A stretch of 64,000 nucleotides of DNA from NCBI RefSeq assembly GCF_036321535.1, contig NC_087437.1:68822001-68886000 (forward strand), read 5' to 3'. The notes under the pieces were generated by a model, which did no database searches, had not been told where the DNA came from, and saw only the letters and a list, made by a program, of their open reading frames with translations. The translations under genes were made by a program, and so were the position numbers. The stretch is from Camelus dromedarius. Lineage: Eukaryota. Below are positions 50,231-60,250 of this stretch, piece after piece. Within the stretch, counting starts at the first letter, position 1; each line of letters opens with the position of its first letter.

Positions 50231-50984
50231 GATTTGGGGGCATGTATTCTCTCCCCAGCTGAAATAGAATATTCTCAAGGTCGAGCACCTATTCTTTCAT
50301 TCCTTTTACTCCAACCATTGTGTGGTACCCACAAGTTATATTAACAATTAATTGCTAAATAGAATAAAGAAGCACAGATGAGCCATTAGCATTTTACTGA
50401 GGGGCACAGTGAAGCATAGGAAATAGTTAAGAGAATGACATGTATATTTGCATTAAATATGCATTATATTTGCATACAATTTGAGTAAATCTGTCAAAAT
50501 AGTTTCATTTTTCATGTGCATTTTAAATATTCAAAGTCTATTATTGATGTCTTTTAAAGGAGCCAGTATCCATATCAGACAAAATGTCTGAAGCACGCTA
50601 AGGACAAGAAGGGGCAAACCTACTGGTATTTTTTTCATAGTCAGATGCTCCCAAAGGTCTGTTTACTACTCTTTCTAATGGCTATTTGTTATACTTATAA
50701 TGAACACAACATTAGTTGGAGTTTAACAATGATCTGGTGAAACTCTTTAAGATAACCTCAGTTTTATAGAGAAGCAGCAGTTGGTAAACTTCAGTCACTG
50801 GCAACCTAATCATGGAAAGATTAAAGAAAGCATATTTAGCAAGGAGAATATAAGATGGTATCCTCCTCTCAAATTGTGGGCACCTCCCTCTTCCATTGTT
50901 TCAATTTCTCTAGAAGGAGCCGGACATCTATTGGGAGGATGCTTTGCAGTTAATGGAAGTTAAAATAGGTGGGTGAGTCCCAGT

Positions 50985-51135
50985 GGCCAGTCCTTCTGTT
51001 AGTGCCAGTCTGGCCCCATTAGAATCACCCGTAGAGCTCGCTGGAAGACAGATTGACAGTCCCCGTCACTGAAGATTGTCTTTCAGTACAGCTGAGGTGG
51101 GGTTTTGACATGCGCAGTTTAAACCTGAGGCAGAG
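50985..51135. mobile_element. MER5-like hAT-Charlie MITE
   Basis: CATTAGAATCACCCGTAGAGCT...ACAGATTG...CCCC...GAAGATTG...TTCAGTA...CTGAGGTGGGG. Confidence 0.55.
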
Positions 51136-51594
51136 CTAGGATTGAAGAAGCATTAAAATAGACGAAGGTAGAGAGTTCTTCAGACTTAGTATTTTCAGGA
51201 TTTTTCTCAACACCTGTTTGCAGTGGAGCAATGAAGAGACCTGGCTGTAACTCTGACTCCTCACTAAATCTGAAAAGGGCTCTGAGAGCCCTGGGGCGTA
51301 AACACATGGAAATATAACTGAGATCACACACGGAGTCTCTGGGATTCAGAGATGGGTCATCTAGATTCCAAAATCTCAAGGCCCTCTCATCTGACCATGG
51401 TAACACTAGGTAGAAATCTTGAATTTCTTCAGCCAAGCTTGGGCCTTATTTTTAACCAGCACATCAGATACAAAAATACTTACATTTGTCTAATCATATT
51501 TGAGCTCTTTTTATATAACTACCAAGTGTTTCTTCAGTTTTTCCTCCTTTCACCCTCCTCCCCTCCTTTTCCCTCTTCCTCTTATTTCCTTTCT

Positions 51595-51980
51595 TATATC
51601 AAAAGAAAATTCAGAGAGCTTTATTTGATATGTGAGTTTATTGAGCAAAAAGCGAACTATTCAAGAACAGAGAGACTTCCAACCAAAAGTGGTTAAGAAT
51701 TTCAGCCCTTAGTAGCTGTAGCTCAGTATCATAAAGCGTGAATGAGTAAGTACATTTGTTTTGTGTGTTTTAAATGATTGATTCCTAGAAACTTACATTC
51801 CTTTTCACTGAATAAGCTTACTTGTTTATAGCTGATTATCTAGGAAGCTATCAGTTCATGCTGACAGGAAGAAAGCATTTTGGGGATATCAGGGCAGTTT
51901 TTAGTTTTGGTTACTTGACAGTGAGTGTTTGATCCAAGGGTATATTCTAACTGTGGCTTCCATTTTGGTTTTTCTTAACA
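51595..51980 (-). mobile_element. Old ERV1-class solo LTR (MER31/MER67-like group)
   Basis: TGAGTTTATTGAGCAAAAAGCGA near one end and CCATTTTGGTTTTTCTTAACA (reverse complement TGTTAAGAAAAACCAAAATGG) at the other. Family uncertain. Confidence 0.5.
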
Positions 51981-52019
51981 CTCCCATAACCATGGGTGCA
52001 GAATACTGAGTTAATCACA

Positions 52020-54600
52020 CATCTCATATCATGTCCATTGTCAACCTTGATCTATGCATGGCCTCTCTTATTTATTTTTTCCCTCACTCATTTCCCTTGT
52101 TCTTACACAGACATAATGAGCTATGCAAATGTGTGAGATACGTATTCTTAAATATGTATCTGTCTTTGTACAATAAAGAATGCTCTTTTTGTGGGTCATT
52201 TTACATAAATGATACTGTGCTAAAAGTCTGTCTTTTATTTTTCCTTTAAGTATAGTTTTTAGGATCCATTTATTCCAGTGTATTTACATTTAATTTATTT
52301 CTTCTCGTAACTGCATCGTATTCTGTTAGATGACTCCAATGCATTCTTCTCATCTGTTCTTACATTGATGAACATATGGATGGGCTTCTGTTTTTGCACT
52401 AACATAAACATTCTTATTCAGATCTCCGCCTAGATCTGTGATAAAGTTTCTCCACATACATGTCCAGGAGTTGGTGTGTCAGAGGCTGTATGTTTGATTA
52501 ATTACTCTAAGTACAGCCAAGTTGCTCTCATTGTCCTAGTTTATACTCCCGCCAGCAATGCTTGGGATTCCCTATTTCGCACTTGCAGCTTGCCTCTTCG
52601 ATTGGAATCATTCAGATTTTAATTTTGCCAATCTCATGGCCGTCAATTGATGGCTCAGAGTTTCAGTTTTTATTTTTCTTGTTATGAAAAGAGTTTGCAT
52701 ATGTCTTCATATTGTTTTTAACCATTTAGGGTTCATCCTATTTTTCTTATGGGCCCCCTGTCTTTCTTCTTGCTAATTTTAATGAACTCCTTGGGTAAGC
52801 AAAATACAAATTGCGTGTCATTTTATATAGAACAACTGTCTTTTCCCATTCTTTCATTTGTTGACTGTACCAATGGAACCCTTTGTTAAAATGAAAGTTT
52901 CAGAAAACTTTCTGTTGTATTCAAAAACCATTTATTTTTTACCTTAATGTTTTGCTTCTTAGATCTTATTTAGGAGGTCTTTCTCCACTCTTAAGACAGA
53001 GAGTTACTCGTCTCCATTTTCTTCATTTAGCTTTATACATTTACCTCTTATCTTTAGGACTTTAACTAATTTTGAGTCAATTTTTCAACATGATATGGGG
53101 AAGAGGTCCAGATTAATTTTTTCTTCCTATTTGTGAACCAGTTTTCTCAATACCATCTAGGGAAATGAGTCCTTTTCCCATGGCTATGTAGTTCCACTTT
53201 TATAGTTCTTCAAAGTTCTCATACTTAGAAAATATCTTTTCTGTTGTGGAGGTGCATCTCTCATCAGCACAGTACTGTCTGTTTAATGCCTTTCATCCTC
53301 TGATAGGAGAATGTCTCTGTTTACATTTCTCTGTCAAAAATTGGCCTTATTTATTTAGTTTTTTTTAAACTCTCTGCATGTATATATATGAATGTTAGCT
53401 AGGTTCTGCAAAATATTATGTTGGATATTATATTGGGCTTTTATTTAATTTATAGACCAAATTTAGCAAAAATAATGTCTTTTTAAGAAAAATGCATGAT
53501 ATCTTGAGCTACTATATCTCTTCATTTATTCAGTTACTGTGTTAAGAGAGTTTTACAGTTAACTCTGGAATTTCAATTTTACTATGTTTCTAAGTTTGCT
53601 GTATTCAGCATGAAGTTTCTGTAAGTTTTGGGAACACAATATTCTTCATACTTAGAATGTTCTCTATTCTCAATTTTCTAAGTTTTAATTGATGGATTAT
53701 ATTTACAAGTAATTTTTCATTATTTATTGAAATAATTATATGACTATTTTCCTTTGCCCATTAATGTATCAAATTACACTGCTACCTTACTGATGTTAAA
53801 TTATCCTTAATTTGGGGGGATAAATACCTTCTAATCAGAATAAATATTTTTAATATACTAATATTCTTAATTTTTATATTTTTGGATTTACTAAATTCTT
53901 TAAATGCTTAGCTCTTCAGTTTTCAATTTTTTTTCTCATTTTCAGATTAAAACACAGCTACAAATTCCTCTCAATGTTACAAGTTATCTGTGCCCACCCA
54001 CTTTTGAATGTACTATTTTGGATGCCACTTAACTGTTTTCTAATATGTCTTAAGATTTAACTTTAGCCAAAGACTTATTTAGAAATAGTGCATATTTTTG
54101 CCATTTCTAGAGGAGTTGTGTGGTACCTTGGCTGTACCTGTTATGAATAATTTCTGATTTTATTGTATTTTTGTCAGAGACTATTGTCTTAGGATGAATC
54201 TTGGGGGTTATGCTCTCTTTGGTTGGTATATAGTCAATTTTTATGAATGTTCTATATGTACTTGAAAATAATATGTATTAATTGGTTATAGGAGGTGAAG
54301 TTCTATATTTGTCTATTAAGTCAAACTATTCAAATCATGTTCTTAATATATTCTGTATGTTTCCTTATTTTTTTCTTTTTTCTGCTTATTCTCTTGGTGC
54401 TGGGAAGTGTAGTTTAAATCTCCAAATAAATAATTGATTTATGTAATTCTCCTTAGTGCACTCTGTTGATTTATATACTTTGAGACTATATGGTTAGGTG
54501 CATACATATTCCATGCTTATTTTATCTTTCTAACATATTTTATATAAAATTCCTTTTTGTTCTTAATTATATTTTTAATTGGCTTCTATATTCACTTGTG
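52020..54600 (-). mobile_element. Old L1ME-like element
   Basis: TTTATACTCCCGCCAGCAATG...TTTTAATTTTGCCAATCT...CCAGTTTTCTCAATACCATCTA...TCTATATTTGTCTATTAAGTCAA...GTTAGGTGCATACATATT. Confidence 0.75.
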
Positions 54601-54989
54601 TAAAATCCCTGTATCTCCAAAGTCAGAAGCCTTTATTCTTTTTTCCTTCCTTAGCTCTGTTGATATCACCATTTCATAGCCAGACATTAGCAAGGCCAAC
54701 CAGAGAAGCACCTTTATTAATAACTGTCCCTAACTTCTTCCTTCCTGCTTTCCAATATCCATGTGCTCCCTAGGTCAGGTAGAAGGTTATGCATATGTGT
54801 ATGAATAAATGAATATTGAATCGCCCCTACTAACAAGCACTTCTCTCCCACATTCCAAGTAGAGCGGAAAAGAGAGGTCTCCCCCAGTGGAAAATGGAGA
54901 AAGATGGTAGCACCTGGAAGGTCTCATTGCTTGAAGTGGGAGGTGCAGGACATGGGCTAATGGATATGAAGTAGAAGCATAGGCATATG

Positions 54990-55185
54990 GTGCATGCATG
55001 TTACTTCATTTTTTTCTACACTTTTTCCAAAGTAGGTGTTATTTTTCTCCATTTTACAAATAAAGAAGCTGAGGTTCAGTAAGGAAACTGTATTTGCCCA
55101 ATACCATAGAGCCAGTAAGTGATGGAAGTAAAATGGAAACATGGGTCATTCTGATTCTGAGGTTCACATTCTTTGAACCAGGCCA
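54990..55185 (-). mobile_element. MIR SINE
   Basis: CTCCATTTTACAAATAAAGAAGCTGAGGTTCAG...TTGCCCAATACCATAGAGCCAGTAAGTGATGG...TCTGATTCTGAGG. Confidence 0.85.
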
Positions 55186-55359
55186 CTCCATTCTCTCATC
55201 CTGTATCAAGGAACTTTGAAGTAGGGGAGTCTGTTTTGTCTCAGGATTCTCTAGAAGTTGAAAGTCAGGGTGAAAATATCCTGGTTTTACACCTTACTCT
55301 GTAGATGGATAGGGTAACTCTGTAAAAAAGAAATACAAAGGGGATGAGATTGCTTTTAA

Positions 55360-55900
55360 AGAAAGCCAGCGCTGCTGAGTGGCCTAGCACAGCGTTACTG
55401 AATGTCTTTTAAGGTTTTTCTTAAAAAAATGTAACAGAGAAATTCAAATTGTTAAAGTTAATTGCAGGATTAAATTGCCATTTGTCAATAGCAATGTAAT
55501 TTGTATTATAAATTACAGCACTGTTGCTTTCAGGCATATTTTATCAATATGTTTCCAATGATTTAATAACAATATTTCTCAAAAATAAGCCAAGGCACTT
55601 TTTTCCTCTTTTTTAAATGAACATGTTCAGAGGGTTTTCATCAGCGTGCTAGCCAGCTCTGCAAAATTTCTAGTAAATAAATTATCACCAGGAGGCTCAA
55701 AATCCATTACCATAAAAAAAGCCATTTTTCCCTCCCTAATCGATTGCCCACTGTGCAACTGCTAATGGGACCATACACACATGTTGTGCAGAGGGAATTC
55801 ATTTTCAGGTTCTCTCTCTTTGCTAGAATTTATTTTACAAAGAATTTCTCACTAAACTCATAAATTAGTCAATGCATAAAATGAACACTTCAGCTTCCAG
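55360..55900. promoter_or_regulatory. Candidate conserved non-coding enhancer element
   Basis: Repeat-free AT-rich block dense in TAAT/TAATT, TGTCA, AACAAT, TAATCGAT and CATAAA motifs with retained CpGs; resembles developmental CNEs. Conservation not verifiable here. Confidence 0.45.
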
Positions 55901-56869
55901 CAGGAGAAATGTTAAGGTTGTGCACCTAGAGAATTTTTCAAGCTGGTTCCAAGGAAATGGAGGTTGCAGTGATGCTTTGGGAACACTAAAGTACCTTCTT
56001 TCCTGAGAGAGACAGCCCTTTCCCTGCTGCCAGCAGTATAGTTTGTCTGCTTACGTGTCTTTGTGGGCACACACATTTCTCATATGTGTTGATAGGTATT
56101 CCATCTGACAAGTGCACTGAGCAATATTGGCCTTTGAACTTAGAAGCTTTCATCTTGATCTTGGGGCAACTATATCCTTTTTACCAAGTCATTCATTCAG
56201 TTCCCTTCCCCAATTCCACTCTTTCTTCCACAGATGATGCTATAGTTGTATAAATCCCAATTTACAGCCTTCTATAAGCCCAGAGCTTTGACTGCCAAAT
56301 CAGCCTGGCCCTTGCACTGAATAGCTGATCTTAGGGACTAAAATAAAGCAATCGACATGGGAAAGGCCTGTCCCCTAAATTTTATCCCAATTGAGAGCTG
56401 TTAAATCTGATTTTTATTTAGAAATTATTTATTTTGGCCACTCCAGTTGCCATCCCTCAACAGCTTAGAATTCTGAAGCTGGAAGCAGGCTTAAATTCAA
56501 TTCTTTAATCACCTTCAATTCACAGATGGTTTGTCTTTCTAAAGATGGCACTCTAGTAAGATGTAAAGGCTGGAATCTAGTCTACATTTTCTGATTCTTT
56601 ATTTTTGGCTAAAATTCCACATTTTGAGGAACATTTAAATGGTAATGGAGTTAAACCAGCCTGAGAAGGATATGATTGCACATACTGGTATGAAGTGAGG
56701 GTGGGTAGGAGAAGGACAGCCAGGGGGAGGAGAACAAGGAACATTTAAAGGAATTTAGAGAATAAAATATAGTGGGAACACGGAGTGGATTTAGGTAATT
56801 TCTCTATGTGTACAGACCCAGCTCTGCCTGCAAATATGCCATTCTTAAGATGTTTTTAAAGTTCTCTTG

Positions 56870-56975
56870 TAGTAACCTATTTTTTTTTTTTTTTCATTCT
56901 CTTCTTAGGTAAGTTGCTGTTCCTGCTTTTAAAAGTATTGTTCCAGAAAGAGCCATGTGTATGGGTCAGGTAACT
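56870..56975 (+). other. Candidate recursive splice site with 61-nt RS-exon (56909-56969)
   Basis: Branch-like GTAAC (56872-76), T15 plus CATTCTCTTCT, TAG|GTAAGT (AG at 56907-08), downstream donor CAG|GTAACT at 56969/70. Confidence 0.5.
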
Positions 56976-57414
56976 ACCATATTATTGCTTCTCTACTCTT
57001 TATCTTTGGGTATCAACTACTCTTTGTGTATTTTTTTTTTTTTTTTTTTACTTCACTAGAGACTTAATTGCACAAAGTTTAGAGTTTTCATTTATTTAAG
57101 AATCTGGATATCTGATGGTGTAATCCTTATTATACAAGCCAAATGGTCACTTGGAGACTATTATACAAGGACTGCAATATTTATTTATATATTTATGTTT
57201 ACTACTCAGTTTCTTGTGAGTTTTTTTACTGGGTGTTGTCTGAGAGATGTTGATGAATTCTCAAAACCCAAAAGAGACTCTCTTTCCTAACACTTAGCCT
57301 TGAAAAATGGTGGTATTTAAATTTTGCAGAAGAGCAATACAGTTCATCTCTCTGTAGCAAAGTTCCACAGCTATATTATCATTGTAATTTTTATTTATCA
57401 GTATACTGTCTTAG

Positions 57415-57490
57415 ATACATGTTGATTCATCAGAAATTCTTTGTATGATTTTGTATACATGTTTCATCAGAAATTCTTTGTATGATTTTG
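57415..57490. repeat. Tandem duplication, 2 x about 37-40 bp
   Basis: ATACATGTT(GAT)TCATCAGAAATTCTTTGTATGATTTTG at 57415-57454 and 57455-57490. Confidence 0.95.
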
Positions 57491-58849
57491 GTCTGGCACA
57501 AATATGGGTGACACATTTTAGAAATCCTTTTGCCTTTTCTTTGCAATTCTTAAGTTAAATTATCCTTTCTGATAGCCTCCTGTTTATTATTTTACTGTGG
57601 TTTCATAAACATAAGATTTAATAATATGTAGGTAGATAGGTAGATAAAGAAAAAGGAAGAGAGGGAGGGAGGGAAGAAAGGAAGAAAGAAAACATTCACT
57701 TGAATAACTATCAAGGAATTAAACTGTGGCTATTATTAAAATATCATGAAATCGTAAAGAGTGAAAGGTAGAGATTTATAATTGGCGTGGATGTTTGTTT
57801 ACCAATGGAGATCTTTAATGTCTTGTTATTTGCTATCATATGTCATATTCTAAGCAAACTAAAATATTCACAGCAACTTTTCTAACTAAGGAACCCCCAG
57901 ATACATTTTGTTAGAAATATATGCGTATATGTGTGTGTGCTTACTGAGACTGGATCCAATCAAATCAAAATCTTAAATGGAGTTAACTGAACAATTTCTA
58001 GATTGCCAAAATGGTGGGCCTGAAACGAAGAAAATACAAATATAAATTACCAAGTCCCGAAAATAGCCAAAGGTCCTTAACAGTTTGAAAATAAATAGCT
58101 GTAGTGGGATTTATGGTATTAAAGCTTTGGTCTAATTACAAACATTAATTTTCTTTTAGTAGCATTGCTATAGCAACAATATAGCTAGAGGGTCTCAGGC
58201 AAGACCCAAATTATATATCTTAGAAATGCTTTCCTCAGTTATTAACACCTTGCATTATCGAAACTTTAAGATATTCTGTATTCACATGGGCTTTTCATCA
58301 ATTACATAATTTGTTTTCTCTTTTAAAATGGTTTTAACTATTTAAGATAGTGAAATTTCTTCATGTTTAGGTTTTTCACTGCATTTCACTGCATTCAAAC
58401 ACTACCTCAAATTTCCTTTGTGTTAGATTTTTAATACCACATGAGAACAAATTTTATATATGTATGTTTTCAAAAAAAATAGTTGCTTTGAGAACTCTAA
58501 CAGAATTTTCTGACTCCTGTGTAATTATTATCTCAGTTTTATAATATATTACCATATTTTTGCATCTAATTTTATAAACAAATACTAAATTCCAAAATAA
58601 TACAGTCTTGAGTGGCAAATCTAAAACTATAGAAATTAGGTAATTCCTAAACCTAAGATGCCTTGAGATTGGAATATATCACTATATATATTAAATATCC
58701 TTTAAGTAAAGTAAAGTAGCTAAAATTGTCAAAGGTTTACACTATTTCAAGTTAGTAAACAAATATAATTTCTATTCTTTATGTAAGACCAATTAAATTG
58801 CACATTAAAAATAAACTTAGCTGTAAACCATCTTTTTATCAGGAAGGTC

Positions 58850-59290
58850 CAACTCAATAATCATTTAATAAACATCTCTTTATAATTGGGAACTATGCTA
58901 AACACTCTCAAGAATAGACAGATGAACAAAATAAAGATGTAGTTCCCATGTAGCCCTTAATAGAGTGGTGAAGCTAAACAAGACCATATATGAAAATAAT
59001 GTACAATACACAAATATATAAACAAGGAATAAGCAGAATATTATAGGTGCAAGAAAAAATAATATTTTGAATTGGGAAATAAGAAAAAACTTTATGAAAT
59101 GATTGCTTGTGAGCCAGGATTGGACAATGGATAGAAATTTGATGAAGGTAGTTTAGAATCACACTAGATAGAAAGCCTCATGGGCAAGACCCAAGAGAGG
59201 AAAGGACATTTGGGGGGAACCCAATGAGTTATAAAAGGAGGTGTTAGGAGACAGTAATTGACTATAAAAAGATGCATTTGATTAAATAAT
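58850..59290 (-). mobile_element. L2 fragment
   Basis: ACTCAATAATCATTTAATAAACATCT...GGAACTATGCTAAACACT...AGATGAACAAAATAAAGATG. Confidence 0.55.
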
Positions 59291-59374
59291 TCTTATGTCT
59301 CCAGAATTAATTAGGTATTTTTGATGTCTATGGTCTTGAGACTGTAAATAAAATTTTATAAATATCTAACCCAA

Positions 59375-59590
59375 AGTAGTGGTGTTTAAGCCTGCAACTG
59401 AATATGTTTCACCACTACCCAGCAGTGTAGCTTTGGACAAGTTCCTTAATATCTTTGTCCTTCAGTGTCCTCATCTTTAAAATGGGGATGCAAAATTCAG
59501 AGTTGTTTTGGAAATAGAAGTCATCAATATATCAACATACATAGAAATATGCCTGGCTCATAATAGCTCCGTAAGTGCTTGCTAATTTCA
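59375..59590 (+). mobile_element. MIR SINE
   Basis: CTTTGGACAAGTTCCTTAATATCTTTGTCCTTCAGTGTCCTCATCTTTAAAATGGGGAT...GCCTGGCTCATAATAG. Confidence 0.8.
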
Positions 59591-59879
59591 TCTTTTGAAT
59601 GCTGAAGTATTTGAAAAACAGCTTTAGTTCTAATGTGGTTAGAGGTTCTTTTCTTAACATTAAATATAATTACATAATATCATAATTTCTTGGATTTAGT
59701 TAATAAATCCACACTATAGACCATGTTCCTGTTTTAGCAATCACTGAGAATATGTACATATAAAAATATTTCATGTTATGTAGAATTATCTCTGAAGTAG
59801 GTTTTCAAAGATTAAAGCTGTAGCTGGAAAAATTTTAGGTGCTATTATACCTTAGGCAGCATGCCTTTGCCTACAGTTC

Positions 59880-60250
59880 CACGTTTTTGTTTTAGCTAAT
59901 GTGCTGCATATTTGTTCCCGTGACCAGAAATTTTACTAAAGAGGTCAGACTTACCATCTTTAATTCTCTTCTGATGCCGCTTATTTATACTTACATCGCT
60001 GTTCCTAACAAACAGCCGTGCGTCGCTCGGCGTTTTGAGTATTTCATTCTGCAGTGATAACTGAAAAGTGGATTTGGTTATAACAGGTATTGCTGTTTTC
60101 ATTTGTCTCAAGTGCTACGTTATTGGCATCTATTGCAGTTTAATGACCCAAACCTTGACAGCCCTCTTCGGTGAGCTGTGTGGTAGGCAACGCTTGAGCA
60201 GGAAGGAATGGCTGGTAGGCCGGCAGTGACCAATGAGAATCATGGAGATG
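59880..60250. promoter_or_regulatory. CpG-retaining unique element with splice signals on both strands
   Basis: CCGTGCGTCGCTCGGCG CpG cluster; two minus-strand GTAAGT donors (59949-54, 59989-94); plus-strand TTTTGTTTTAG| and CAG|GTATTG; CCAAT/ATTGG and GGCAAC motifs. Confidence 0.4.
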
